From Minisyncoccota bacterium (lineage in GTDB: Bacteria > Patescibacteriota > Minisyncoccia > Phycocordibacterales > Phycocordibacteraceae), in NCBI GenBank assembly GCA_018062765.1, contig JAGORR010000001.1:282173-346172 (forward strand): a stretch of 64,000 nt of DNA, given 5' to 3'. Under the pieces are notes generated by a model. The model had not been told where the DNA came from. It searched no databases and worked only from the letters and a program-made list of their open reading frames with translations. A program made the translations under genes and the position numbers. Positions 37,819 through 47,561 of the stretch are shown one piece after another (positions within the stretch are counted from its first letter, which is position 1; each line of letters starts with the position of its first letter).

Positions 37819-40260
37819 ATGGAATACGCATCAGCACAGCCGCAACGGAAGGGATTCTCATTCGATGGTGCAGCCGTCTTGGTGCTTGCGCTCACCGTCG
37901 CCATTACCGGTCTTATCGCGATACCGTACGCAACGGTGCCGTTTCTTGCGACCAAGGTGTCGGTGCTTGCGGCGGGCGCGATACTCGCACTCGCGCTCTT
38001 TATCCTTGCGCGTCTCATCCGCGGTAACATCATCCTTCCACCGGTAGCGCTCCTTGGGGCTATGTGGCTCGTACCGCTTGCGTACATGCTTTCCGCGCTT
38101 TTCTCTGGTGCTGGCATCGCAGACGGATTCTTCGGTTCGGAACTTGAGACCGATACCGCAGGCTTCATAGTGCTCGCAGCACTCGTTGGCTCCTTGGCTG
38201 CGCTCACGCTCAGGCGCCGTGCTGAGTACGCGACTGCGTACAAAGTGCTTACCGGAGCATTCATTCTTGCTCTCGTCGTACAACTCGCGTTTGTGATCGT
38301 CGCACAAACGTCGCCGACGACCGTGAGCGCCACTGCGAACCTTATCGGTACATTCGCGGACTTGGGCGCTGTTGCTGGTCTTGGAACCGCACTGTCCTTG
38401 CTCGCGCTCCGTTTCCTTACGCCTTCACCTCGGGTGAAGCTCGTACTCTCGGGCGGCATCCTCGTTGCTCTCTTCCTGCTTGCCATCGTCAACTCCTCCT
38501 TGCTCTGGATTCTTACCGGTCTCGTCGCCCTCGGTCTCTTCATCGAAGCCGTGATGCGTCGACGTCCGGCCGGTGGCGATAGCGATCTTGAAGGCGTAGA
38601 GATTGTCGCAGCAACGCCCTATGATGCCGGAGCTCCGACCGTCTCGGGGCTTGGCGCTCCCTTGGCGGTTCTTGCCGTAGCACTCTTCTTCCTCATTGGA
38701 AGCTCAACTATTGGCACGGCGCTCGTTACGGGCCTTGGAGCCGAGACGCTCGACGTCCGTCCGTCCTGGCAAGCTACGTTCGATATCGGTAGCCACACGT
38801 ATGCGACCTCGCCCATCTTCGGTTCCGGCCCCGCATCCTTTGGCGAGGAGTGGGTGAAGTTCCGCGACCCCGCACTGAACGAAACGCCGTTCTGGACTGT
38901 CGACTTCCTCTCGGGCGTTGGATTCATCCCAACCTCCTTCGTAACGACCGGCGCAGCAGGAGCTCTCGCTTGGCTCTTCTTCCTCGGCGCCTTCCTCTTT
39001 GCGGGTACGCGCTTCCTCTTGCTGCGTGCGCCATCCGATCCGTTCATACGATTCGTCTCGCTCGCCTCCTACGTCGGCGCGCTCTTCGTATTCGCGCTCA
39101 TGGTGTTTGCGGTCCCGAGCGCATTTGTGATTGCGCTCGCGTTCTTCCTTGCCGGAACCTTTGTCTCAACGATGCGACACGGTGCTGGTGCTACTGAATG
39201 GGGTGTCGCCTTCGCAAGGAGTCCTCGCATAGGGTTCGTCATCGTCTTCGCGCTTACCTTGATCCTCCTCGCCTCCGTCTACGGCGTCTACACCGTCGTT
39301 GAACGCTACCTTGCCCAGACGTACCTCGTTTCAGCGTCTAACGCGCTTGCGGCGGGTAACTTAGGGAAGGCTGAGAGCGATGCGGCTAATTCGACGCTGT
39401 TCGTCCCATCCGATCGCAGCTATCGTCTTGAGAGCGCCATTGGACTTGCAAAGATGCGTGCTATCGCAGACCCAGCTAACACAAGCCCGGATACCGAGCG
39501 TCAGGAGGCGTTCCAGGCCGCACTCCGCGATAGCGTCGCTGACGGCATTACGGCCACGCAGATAGGCGGGAGCGATTACCGAAACTGGATGCAACTTGCG
39601 AATGTGTACGCATACGCAGGTCAATTCAATGTCGCCGAAGCGTACGAAAGCGCGAAGGTTGCGTTCGCGCGTGCAAAGGAGCTTAATCCGACAAGTCCGG
39701 TCATCCCATACTTCATCGCACAGATAGAGATAGCTCAGGGTAACTTGGCCGAGGCTGAGCGACTTCTTATTGAGGAAGCGATTGCGCTAAAGCGCAATTA
39801 CACAGAGGCGCGCTACGTGCTCTCGCAGGTAGAGGTTCGTCTTGGGAAGGCTCCGGAGGCGCTTCGCGCAGCTGAGGATACGCTGGTGCTCGCACCTAAT
39901 GAGCCGGCCGTTATCTTCCAGGTAGGCATCCTCAGGCTCGCTACGGGGAATATTGATGGCGCAATCGCGGCATTCGGGAGCGCAATCGCTATAGATCCGA
40001 GCTACGCGAACGCGCATTTCTTCCTCGCCGTTGCGCACGCAACCAAGAAGGACTACGCAAGCGCAATAACAGAACTCCGTACCGTTGGCGCGCTTTCTGC
40101 AGAGAACCAGGGAGCAGTGGCAGAGTACATCAAGGAGCTTGAGGCTGGTAAGAATCCATTCCCATCGACGCTCTCTCTTACTCCGGTCGCAGAACCTGCG
40201 CCGGGTACAACTGACGCGGCGTTCGTGCCGCCAGCCGAAGAGACACCAGAGACACCGTAG
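37819..40260 (+). CDS. O-antigen ligase (Wzy_C)-like polytopic membrane protein fused to C-terminal TPR repeats
   Basis: More than ten TM helices in the first ~480 aa. The C-terminal ~330 aa are TPR-like (AEAYESAKVAFARAKELNPTSP..., NYTEARYVLSQVEVRLGK..., DPSYANAHFFLAVAHATKKDY...). Confidence 0.65.
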   Translation: MEYASAQPQRKGFSFDGAAVLVLALTVAITGLIAIPYATVPFLATKVSVLAAGAILALALFILARLIRGNIILPPVALLGAMWLVPLAYMLSALFSGAGIADGFFGSELETDTAGFIVLAALVGSLAALTLRRRAEYATAYKVLTGAFILALVVQLAFVIVAQTSPTTVSATANLIGTFADLGAVAGLGTALSLLALRFLTPSPRVKLVLSGGILVALFLLAIVNSSLLWILTGLVALGLFIEAVMRRRPAGGDSDLEGVEIVAATPYDAGAPTVSGLGAPLAVLAVALFFLIGSSTIGTALVTGLGAETLDVRPSWQATFDIGSHTYATSPIFGSGPASFGEEWVKFRDPALNETPFWTVDFLSGVGFIPTSFVTTGAAGALAWLFFLGAFLFAGTRFLLLRAPSDPFIRFVSLASYVGALFVFALMVFAVPSAFVIALAFFLAGTFVSTMRHGAGATEWGVAFARSPRIGFVIVFALTLILLASVYGVYTVVERYLAQTYLVSASNALAAGNLGKAESDAANSTLFVPSDRSYRLESAIGLAKMRAIADPANTSPDTERQEAFQAALRDSVADGITATQIGGSDYRNWMQLANVYAYAGQFNVAEAYESAKVAFARAKELNPTSPVIPYFIAQIEIAQGNLAEAERLLIEEAIALKRNYTEARYVLSQVEVRLGKAPEALRAAEDTLVLAPNEPAVIFQVGILRLATGNIDGAIAAFGSAIAIDPSYANAHFFLAVAHATKKDYASAITELRTVGALSAENQGAVAEYIKELEAGKNPFPSTLSLTPVAEPAPGTTDAAFVPPAEETPETP

Positions 40261-40266
40261 CGGCTC

Positions 40267-41922
40267 ATGGTCGGCAGGATTCTCCGGAGACTTGAAGCCC
40301 CGGTACGCGGCCTCCACGAGGCCGCGTACCTCATCGCAGGGCTCACCCTCGCAAGCCAGGCGCTAGCGCTCTTGCGTGATCGTCTGTTCGCGGGTTCTTT
40401 TGGAGCAAGCGAGACCCTAGACCTCTACTACGCGGCGTTCCGGATACCGGACCTTGTATTTGCCCTAGTAGCGTCCCTGGTTTCCGCGTACGTCCTTATC
40501 CCGCGTATCGCGACAGTGGGGAATGAGGAAGCACGTAGGCTTGTGAGTCACGCGGCTTCGTTCCTCCTCATCATCGGAGGCGCGCTTTCCGCGATTCTTG
40601 CGTTCTTTGCGCCGTCCCTGGTATTCATCCTCTTTCCTGATCTGCGGGATGCGGCGGATGCCGACGGATTCGTGCTGCTGTCGCAGATACTGCTCTTACA
40701 GCCGATACTCTTGGGGCTCTCCGCGATACTGATGTCCATTACGCAAGTGAAGCGTCGCTTCTTCGTGTTCGCGCTCTCGCCGGTGCTCTATAATCTCGGA
40801 ATCATCGGCGGCATCTTCCTGTATCCCTCCTACGGGCTTATGGGAATCGGCATCGGTGTCGTCATCGGGGCTGCAGCGCACCTAGCCCTCCAGCTTCCGA
40901 CCATTGCGCGCGAACGTCTGCTCCCGCGTCTTGTGCTTCCAGACCTCGCGCTCATGCGTGAAATAATCCGGGACTCCGTTCCGCGCTCCTTAGCCCTTGG
41001 CGTAGGTTCCCTCACCGTGTTTGTCCTCACGGCGCTCGCGGCGCGTACCGGAGACGGAGGTATCTCCGTCTTCACTCTTGCGATGAACCTCGCTGCCGTT
41101 CCACTTGCTTTGATCGGCGCGTCGTACGCGACCGCTGCGTTCCCGTCATTGGCCGAGAAGGCAGGGCAGGGGGATGGAAGCGCGTTCCGAGCGACGCTCT
41201 CGACCGCTCTGCGCCATCTCATTTTCTGGTCCGCGTCCGTGACGGTGCTCGTCATCGTTCTGCGTGCACATCTGGTGCGCACGATACTCGGCGCTGGCGT
41301 GTTCGATTGGGAGGCAACGCGCCTTACCGCAGCGATACTCGCGGTGCTTGCGGTGGGACTCATCGCACAAGGGGTAATCCTCTTGGCTTCCCGCGCATTC
41401 TACGCTGCTCGTCGCTCATGGAATCCGCTTCTCATACAGCTTGCAGGTCTCTTAGTGTCCGCCCTCGGCGCCCTAGGAGCACTCGCGCTTGCTGGGAGTA
41501 TCCCATCATTCCGGTTCTTCTTTGAGGCACTGCTTCGCGTGTCAGACGTACCTGGAACGGACGTGCTCTTCATCGCCCTTGGCGCTACGGTCGGTCAGCT
41601 CTTCATGGGCGCCTTGGCACTCCTCACGCTTGCGAAAGTTGCGCCGGGGGTCGCAAGCGGAATCCTGCGCCCGCTCTCTGAGGGTCTCGGTGCCGCCATC
41701 ATCGGTGGAAGCGCCGCGTACCTCACACTCTTTCTTCTCGGGAATATCGCGTCCTTGTCGACTTTGATGGCCGTCTTCACGCAAGGACTCGCTGCTGGTA
41801 TCGTTGGTCTCGCAGCCTCCGCTCTCGTTCTCGTCCTCCTTGAGAACCGAGAATTCAAGGACCTCTATCGTTCGCTCCGCGCCTTGAGCACTCGTGCGCT
41901 TCCTCCGCAATCGGAGTTCTAG
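40267..41922 (+). CDS. murJ: Lipid II flippase MurJ (MviN)
   Basis: ...SFGASETLDLYYAAFRIPDLVF... Fourteen-TM MOP-superfamily pattern. Confidence 0.85.
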   Translation: MVGRILRRLEAPVRGLHEAAYLIAGLTLASQALALLRDRLFAGSFGASETLDLYYAAFRIPDLVFALVASLVSAYVLIPRIATVGNEEARRLVSHAASFLLIIGGALSAILAFFAPSLVFILFPDLRDAADADGFVLLSQILLLQPILLGLSAILMSITQVKRRFFVFALSPVLYNLGIIGGIFLYPSYGLMGIGIGVVIGAAAHLALQLPTIARERLLPRLVLPDLALMREIIRDSVPRSLALGVGSLTVFVLTALAARTGDGGISVFTLAMNLAAVPLALIGASYATAAFPSLAEKAGQGDGSAFRATLSTALRHLIFWSASVTVLVIVLRAHLVRTILGAGVFDWEATRLTAAILAVLAVGLIAQGVILLASRAFYAARRSWNPLLIQLAGLLVSALGALGALALAGSIPSFRFFFEALLRVSDVPGTDVLFIALGATVGQLFMGALALLTLAKVAPGVASGILRPLSEGLGAAIIGGSAAYLTLFLLGNIASLSTLMAVFTQGLAAGIVGLAASALVLVLLENREFKDLYRSLRALSTRALPPQSEF

Positions 41923-41958
41923 ACGGGAGTTCCATCGCGCGGACAGGCTACCTATCCA

Positions 41959-43749
41959 ATGAACATACGAAACTTTTCTATCATCGCGCATATCGATCAT
42001 GGTAAGTCGACCCTTGCGGACCGGCTTCTTGAGCGTACAGGCACGATAGAAGCGCGGAAGATGCGCGACCAGGTGCTCGACAAGATGGATCTCGAACGCG
42101 AACGCGGAATCACCATAAAGATGCAGCCCGTTCGCATGAAGTACCGCTCAAAGGCGGGCGTGGACTACGTGATGAACCTTATAGACACACCGGGACATAT
42201 CGATTTCTCATACGAGGTCTCACGCGCTCTTAAGGCGGTGGAGGGAGTGTTGCTTTTGGTCGATTCGACGCAGGGTATACAGGCCCAAACCCTGACCACC
42301 TTACAAATGGCAAAGGAAGCAGGGTGTACCCTCGTCCCTGTGCTTTCGAAAATCGACTCGCCGTATGCGCGCGTGGAGGAGATACGTGAGACGGTAGCGA
42401 AGCTCCTGTCGGTGGACCCTGCCACAGTGCTCACAGTCTCAGGCCGTACCGGCGAAGGGGTTGAGGAGTTGCTTGAGGAAATTGTCACACGCGTGCCTGC
42501 TCCGCGCGCCGCTATCGGGGAGGAAGCGCGCGCCCTTATTTTTGACTTTTCATATTCCACCCACCGCGGCATCGCCGTGTATGCGCGTATTTTCGACGGT
42601 AGCGTGAAGAAGGGCATGCCGCTCAAGTTCCATGCCGCAGACCGGTCATTCGTCGCTCTTGAAACTGGCATATTTATGCCGGATGAGACGCCTGCAGAAT
42701 CGCTCTCGGCCGGGGAAATAGGCTATATCGTGACCGGAGTGAAGGAGGCGGGTGTGGTAGCGGTCGGAGACACGGTAGGGGAGGCTAAGGGCCGTATGGA
42801 GGCGCTCGGCGGGTTTGCACGCCCTCGTCCGGTCGTCTGGGCCTCCGTATATCCTGAGAGCCAGGATGACCTCACGGACCTCCGTCAGGCCCTAGAGCGT
42901 CTCCGCCTTACGGACTCCTCGCTTTCGTTTGAGGAAGAATCATCGGGGGTGCTCGGGCGTGGATTCCGCTGCGGATTCTTGGGCATGCTGCACCTTGAGA
43001 TAGTCACGGAGCGCCTTCGGCGCGAAGCCTCGCTCTCGCTTATCGTGACGATACCGACCATTGCATACGCGGTCACTGATAAGCACGGCAAGCGAGAAAT
43101 CTATTACACACCGTCCCGATTCCCGGACTACGGCGATATCACGCTCATCGAGGAGCCTTGGGTGAAGGTCACTCTTATCACACCGTCAGATACCCTCTCT
43201 TCGTTCGTGCAGCTATTTCACGATCATGAGGCGAATATGACCGCCACGAGCGCGTACGACGATGGGCGTATTGAGATTATCGCAGAGATGCCGCTGAGAG
43301 AATTGATGCGGGGATTCTTCGACAGGGTGAAGAATGTATCGTCAGGCTACGCGTCGCTTTCCTACGAGTTTCTGGACGAACGCCCTGCGGATGTGGTCCG
43401 GCTCGATATTCTCGTTGCGGACGAAGCGATACCGGCGTTTGCACGAGTCGTTTCGCGTCGCCGCGTCGATGAGGAGGCGGAGCGTATGGTAGAAAAGCTC
43501 CACTCGGTGCTCCCGAAGCAGCTCTTCGTCACCAAAATTCAGGGCATGTCGCACGGACGTATCATTTCGTCACGCACTCTCTCAGCGATGCGCAAGGACG
43601 TGACCGGGTACCTCTACGGTGGCGACGTATCTCGAAAGATGAAGCTTCTGCAGAAGCAGAAACGCGGAAAGAAGAAACTGAAGGCCCACGGTAAGGTAGA
43701 TATTCCAGAGGATGTCTTCATGAAGATGGTGCAGGACTCGGAGCGCTAG
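41959..43749 (+). CDS. lepA: Elongation factor 4 (LepA)
   Basis: IRNFSIIAHIDHGKSTLADRLL, DTPGHIDFSYEVSRAL, LepA-specific C-terminal domain. Confidence 0.95.
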   Translation: MNIRNFSIIAHIDHGKSTLADRLLERTGTIEARKMRDQVLDKMDLERERGITIKMQPVRMKYRSKAGVDYVMNLIDTPGHIDFSYEVSRALKAVEGVLLLVDSTQGIQAQTLTTLQMAKEAGCTLVPVLSKIDSPYARVEEIRETVAKLLSVDPATVLTVSGRTGEGVEELLEEIVTRVPAPRAAIGEEARALIFDFSYSTHRGIAVYARIFDGSVKKGMPLKFHAADRSFVALETGIFMPDETPAESLSAGEIGYIVTGVKEAGVVAVGDTVGEAKGRMEALGGFARPRPVVWASVYPESQDDLTDLRQALERLRLTDSSLSFEEESSGVLGRGFRCGFLGMLHLEIVTERLRREASLSLIVTIPTIAYAVTDKHGKREIYYTPSRFPDYGDITLIEEPWVKVTLITPSDTLSSFVQLFHDHEANMTATSAYDDGRIEIIAEMPLRELMRGFFDRVKNVSSGYASLSYEFLDERPADVVRLDILVADEAIPAFARVVSRRRVDEEAERMVEKLHSVLPKQLFVTKIQGMSHGRIISSRTLSAMRKDVTGYLYGGDVSRKMKLLQKQKRGKKKLKAHGKVDIPEDVFMKMVQDSER

Positions 43750-43796
43750 AGAGCACTATCGACAGGACGGTTTGCGCTCCCTGATATCATAGGGGT

Positions 43797-44159
43797 ATGC
43801 GTCGCCCCAGAAGCTCCTTCAGCCGCATCCCATTCCGCGATATTGCGGTCGCCGGTCTATTTTCGCTCGGCATCGTGTGGGCTCTAGGACTCGTTTGGGA
43901 TATCGCCGCCAAAGAGGAGCGTGCACGCGAGGGCGTAGTAACAACCAAGGCTGAGTTTGCGTCGTTAGCCGCGCGCGAGGCGACTCTCTCGCGGGACCTT
44001 GAAGAGCTCTCGACATCACGCGGACAGGAAGCGGCGATGCGTGAGGCTCTGGGGGTTGCGAGGCCAGGTGAGGAGGTTATCATCGTGGTGCCGAAGGAGG
44101 AGGCACCGATGCCTCCTCCGAAGCAAGGATGGTGGAAGCGCTGGTTTGATTGGTTTTAG
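43797..44159 (+). CDS. Septum formation initiator-like protein (FtsB/DivIC family)
   Basis: TM, then coiled coil, then AMREALGVARPGEEVIIV (DivIC/FtsB C-terminal signature-like). Confidence 0.55.
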   Translation: MRRPRSSFSRIPFRDIAVAGLFSLGIVWALGLVWDIAAKEERAREGVVTTKAEFASLAAREATLSRDLEELSTSRGQEAAMREALGVARPGEEVIIVVPKEEAPMPPPKQGWWKRWFDWF

Positions 44160-44178
44160 GCCTGCGGCAGGCAGGAAT

Positions 44179-44249
44179 GCGGGTATGGTTTAGTGGTAGA
44201 ACGCGACCTTCCCAAGGTTGAGTCCCGGGTTCGATTCCCGGTACCCGCA
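44179..44249 (+). tRNA. tRNA-Gly (anticodon CCC)
   Basis: GCGGGTA acceptor, anticodon loop tTCCCAa, T-arm CCGGGTTCGATTCCCGG. Closely resembles the E. coli tRNA-Gly(CCC) architecture. Confidence 0.85.
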
Positions 44250-44252
44250 CAA

Positions 44253-44451
44253 AGGTTTAGTGGTAGGACGACGACAGGCTCTCCCAGAGCCTGTCGCGCG
44301 AGCGTGGTCAGGCGGAGTGAGGAGCTACGGCGACGAGCGAGCGCTTGACCGATTCTCGTATCCTGCACTAATGAAATAACCGATGAAAGGCTATCCCATA
44401 GCCTTTCATTCCCTCGGTTGAGGCACTGGTTCGATTTCCGGTACACCCACC
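44253..44451 (+). other. Degenerate tRNA-Gly-like copy. D-arm and T-arm/3' end resemble the adjacent tRNA-Gly, but the 5' acceptor strand is missing and a ~140-nt hairpin-rich insert replaces the anticodon region.
   Basis: aaggtttagtggtaggacg (D-arm as in tRNA-Gly). 10-bp hairpin cgacaggctc/gagcctgtcg. ...ctggttcgatttccggtacacccacc (T-arm/acceptor-3'-like). No complementary 5' acceptor strand found. Confidence 0.4.
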
Positions 44452-44524
44452 GATTCATAGAAAACGACGCAGAAAGTTATCCCCAGACTGTGTGTGATAC
44501 AATTTCTCTCTAAAGGAACCGATC

Positions 44525-44767
44525 ATGGATAAAACAGTCACCATCTACAGCACCCCGACCTGCCACTTTTGCCAGATGAGCAAGGATTTCTTCAAGGAGA
44601 ACAATGTTACGTATACGGAGCACAACGTGCAGACGGACCTTGAGAAGCGCAAGGAGATGATAGAGAAGTCAGGACAGATGGGCGTACCGGTCATCACCGT
44701 GGGCGAGGAGATTATCGTCGGTTTCGACAAGGAACAACTTTCGAAGCTACTTGGAGTTGGAGCATAG
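44525..44767 (+). CDS. Glutaredoxin-family protein (CxxC = CHFC)
   Basis: VTIYSTPTCHFCQMSKDFF...GVPVITVGEEIIVGFD (Grx/NrdH-like fold signature). Confidence 0.8.
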   Translation: MDKTVTIYSTPTCHFCQMSKDFFKENNVTYTEHNVQTDLEKRKEMIEKSGQMGVPVITVGEEIIVGFDKEQLSKLLGVGA

Positions 44768-44784
44768 TCAGTTTTTATGACCCA

Positions 44785-44810
44785 CAAAACCGCCTCAGGG
44801 CGGTTTTGTG
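44785..44810. terminator. Bidirectional intrinsic terminator
   Basis: cacaaaaccgcctcagggcggttttgtg. Confidence 0.65.
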
Positions 44811-44829
44811 CTATCGTCCAAGAGTTCTC

Positions 44830-44901
44830 GCCCTCATAGCTCAATGGATAGAGCAATCCCGTCCTAAGGGAAAGATCTGGGTTCGATTCCTGGTGGGGGC
44901 A
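44830..44901 (+). tRNA. tRNA-Arg (anticodon CCT)
   Basis: GCCCTCA acceptor (two G-U), anticodon loop gTCCTAa, T-arm CTGGGTTCGATTCCTGG. Confidence 0.8.
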
Positions 44902-45041
44902 CACATAGAAAAAAGACGAAACGGGCGAGTCAGGGCCGTGAAAATTCGTGAGCGACGGTGAGCGAATTATTCCTGGCTACAAACCGTGACCATCAACGAA
45001 CAGGACCTCTTCGAAGAGAGGTCCTGAGATTGAATCCACAT

Positions 45042-45284
45042 TTATGCCGGGAAATCCGGCGGTGGAATGGGCTGGTCCGACTGCTTCAGTTCGCGCAGCT
45101 TGAAGCTGATCGAATACTCGGCGAGCTCATGTCCTTGGTGCTCGCTTGAAACGAGCCAGGTGGCGCCGAGCGTCGGGCAACTTCCGTGCCACCTGCCTCC
45201 GTCCGTCGGCAGCTGCTTGACGGCGTATGCGTAACCTAGCATCTGCGTAACCTCCGCTACCGTGTTCTCCATGACCGCCTCCAA
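45042..45284 (-). CDS. Hypothetical small protein (80 aa)
   Basis: TTGGAGG SD upstream of the ATG. Confidence 0.4.
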   Translation of the reverse strand: MEAVMENTVAEVTQMLGYAYAVKQLPTDGGRWHGSCPTLGATWLVSSEHQGHELAEYSISFKLRELKQSDQPIPPPDFPA

Positions 45285-45357
45285 TGAGCAGGTTTAGGGT
45301 ATGTATATCACGGAATAAAGCCAACTCAAGCCACCTTGCGCGTTATACTGTTTGCAT

Positions 45358-45612
45358 ATGGACCCTGAACTGAAATCGCTTTTAGAGGAGAATCTGCGCG
45401 TGTCCAAGGAGACGAACGAGCTCCTGCGCTCGATGAACCGGCAGGCATGGTGGGGGTTCGCGGGTCGGGTTGTCCTGTGGATGCTCGTTATCATCCTTCC
45501 TCTCCTCCTCCTTCCGATGATCATCAATCAGTTCTTGAGCGTATACACCGGCTCAGCGGACTTTAATATAGAGGAGTTGCAACAGCTCTACGAGCAGTAC
45601 CAGCAGCAGTAA
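45358..45612 (+). CDS. Hypothetical small membrane protein with Q-rich C-terminus
   Basis: One TM (GRVVLWMLVIILPLLLLPMIINQF). Divergent from the previous small gene. Confidence 0.4.
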   Translation: MDPELKSLLEENLRVSKETNELLRSMNRQAWWGFAGRVVLWMLVIILPLLLLPMIINQFLSVYTGSADFNIEELQQLYEQYQQQ

Positions 45613-45667
45613 AAGGCTCAAAAGGGGGCGTGAAAACCGGCATCCTTCATGATAGGATAGCCGCACT

Positions 45668-45743
45668 GCTTGGATAGCTCAGTTGGTAGAGCACATCCCT
45701 GAAGAGGATGGGGTCGGCGGTTCGAGCCCGCCTCCAAGCACCA
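45668..45743 (+). tRNA. tRNA-Phe (anticodon GAA), CCA encoded
   Basis: GCTTGGA acceptor, D-arm TAGCTCAGTTGGTAGAGCA, anticodon loop cTGAAGa, T-arm GGCGGTTCGAGCCCGCC, ...CACCA. Confidence 0.9.
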
Positions 45744-45982
45744 AAACGCAGTTTTGTGCTTGGAGAGCAAGCCATCTGCATGGCTTGCGTGCAGGCTCGA
45801 AAGGCGCAGCGTTATCTTGCGAGCGTGCAAGACCGCGAGCCGGGGTCGAGAACACTTAGCGTTTTGGAAGCGGAGCGCATCAAAACGGTTAGTGATTCGT
45901 GACCGAGCCCTCCTTGTTCCTCCCCCATTTCCGTACTACACTCGGCGCGGCTGAACATTCCTACTCTAAATGAGGACTCAAG

Positions 45983-46282
45983 ATGACCGACAGGCCCGGT
46001 TCCTATCAAATTGATCCGACGCTGCGCAAGCAGGCCGTGGATGACGTTGCGACGTATCTGCTCTCTATGTACGCCTTCAATGACGACGAGATTGCGTACG
46101 ATATCGCTCAAGATTTTGTCTCTACTACCTATCGCGGCTTCATGCGGGTCCATCAGGAGACGGGGCACGCAAGCGAGAACGTGCGACAGCTCCGTCGCAT
46201 CACGGCAACTCGCTTTTTGGTGCAAATTGGCGTCTCTGCAGTAACTGCGTCGGCATTCGTCGAAAGCCTTATGAGTTCTTGA
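45983..46282 (+). CDS. Hypothetical protein (99 aa)
   Basis: GAGGA SD. Followed by an intrinsic terminator. Confidence 0.45.
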   Translation: MTDRPGSYQIDPTLRKQAVDDVATYLLSMYAFNDDEIAYDIAQDFVSTTYRGFMRVHQETGHASENVRQLRRITATRFLVQIGVSAVTASAFVESLMSS

Positions 46283-46288
46283 GCGTCG

Positions 46289-46316
46289 AAGGCGGCCTAT
46301 GGCCGCCTTTTGCTAT
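46289..46316 (+). terminator. Intrinsic terminator
   Basis: aaggcggcctatggccgccttttgctat. Confidence 0.6.
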
Positions 46317-46325
46317 AGTTACTCC

Positions 46326-47408
46326 ATGAAGAAGTTTCTCGCCTTTGTGCGGGCGCACGAACGCCGCGTCTCGACCGCGGTGTTCCTCGGTGGGTTCATC
46401 ATCGATGCGGTCACTTTGACTCGGGTGGATTTCGGCTGGGTTCACGCACTTTTTTCCTTCTACCTCGTCACGGCGGCGATGGCGCTTATACTGATGCACC
46501 ACTTCTCGGGGATGAAGCCCGATTCCGCGGCGACCCGTAAGCTCCCCATAAACACTATTTTGCCGATGGTGACCCAGTTTGTCCTCGGCGGCCTCCTCTC
46601 AGGTTGCTTGGTGTTCTACACCAAAAGCGCGACCTTATACGCGAGCTGGCCGTTCCTGCTTCTTTTGGCGGTTGTCTTTATCGGAAACGAGGTACTCAGG
46701 AAGTACCGCGAACGCATACTCTTTCAGGCCGGGCTTTTCTTCTTTGCGCTCTACTCCTACGCGATGTTTGCTCTTCCAATAGCGCTCGGAAGCATCAGTA
46801 CGCTCATATTCCTCGGAAGCGGAGTGGTGTCGGTCGGTGTGTTTGCGGCACTCCTCTTTCTTATGCAGTTCATCCGGAAGGATGGATTCGAACCGTTCGC
46901 TCGTCAGGCGGGTATTGTGGCTGGCTCGATACTCCTAGTCGTCAACTTGTTCTATTTCACCGGAATACTCCCGCCCTTGCCGCTTGCACTTAAGGATGCT
47001 GGTGTCTACCACAGTCTCGTACGCACCGCTGAAGGCTATGAGGTGACCGAAGAGCCAAGGAGCTCCTGGTTCTCGCGTGTAAGCCGTCAGACGCTTCACC
47101 TTGCCCCTGGAGAAGTTCCATACGCATTCAGCGCCGTATTCGCCCCAGTCGCCCTTGAGACGCCCATCGTGCACCGTTGGGAGTATTATGACGACGCACA
47201 GGGCGGGTGGGTCACGAAGGCTACGTTGCCGTTCTTTATACGCGGTGGACGCGATGCGGGCTACCGCGGCTACTCCTTTATGCGTGAATGGGTGGCAGGC
47301 GCGTGGCGTGTTTCCATAGAGACTGAGAGCGGCGCGACTATCGGCTATATCCGGTTCGATATCGAGACGGTGCCCCAACAGCCGGAGCTCCAGACGATCA
47401 TAAAGTAA
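46326..47408 (+). CDS. Hypothetical polytopic membrane protein with C-terminal soluble beta-rich domain
   Basis: About seven TM helices, then a ~130-aa hydrophilic domain. No family recognised. Confidence 0.5.
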   Translation: MKKFLAFVRAHERRVSTAVFLGGFIIDAVTLTRVDFGWVHALFSFYLVTAAMALILMHHFSGMKPDSAATRKLPINTILPMVTQFVLGGLLSGCLVFYTKSATLYASWPFLLLLAVVFIGNEVLRKYRERILFQAGLFFFALYSYAMFALPIALGSISTLIFLGSGVVSVGVFAALLFLMQFIRKDGFEPFARQAGIVAGSILLVVNLFYFTGILPPLPLALKDAGVYHSLVRTAEGYEVTEEPRSSWFSRVSRQTLHLAPGEVPYAFSAVFAPVALETPIVHRWEYYDDAQGGWVTKATLPFFIRGGRDAGYRGYSFMREWVAGAWRVSIETESGATIGYIRFDIETVPQQPELQTIIK

Positions 47409-47430
47409 AAGCCCCTTTCGGGGCTTTTGA
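47407..47430. terminator. Bidirectional intrinsic terminator
   Basis: aaaagcccctttcggggctttt. Confidence 0.65.
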
Positions 47431-47561
47431 CATGAGAAGCTTGAAAATCGATGAATAGAGCGAGGCACGGGGCTGAGCGTTCACAAGGCGTACAGAGGTA
47501 CGGTGAGAGAACGCAAGGGTCCCGGTAACGAAGCTAGTCGCGGTTTTCGAGCTTCGAGTGC

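Noticed and set aside
38619-39047. 142-aa minus-strand ORF and other ORFs inside 37819..40260
   Set aside because: Antisense/out-of-frame within the O-antigen-ligase/TPR gene.
40830-41363. 177-aa minus-strand ORF
   Set aside because: Antisense to murJ.
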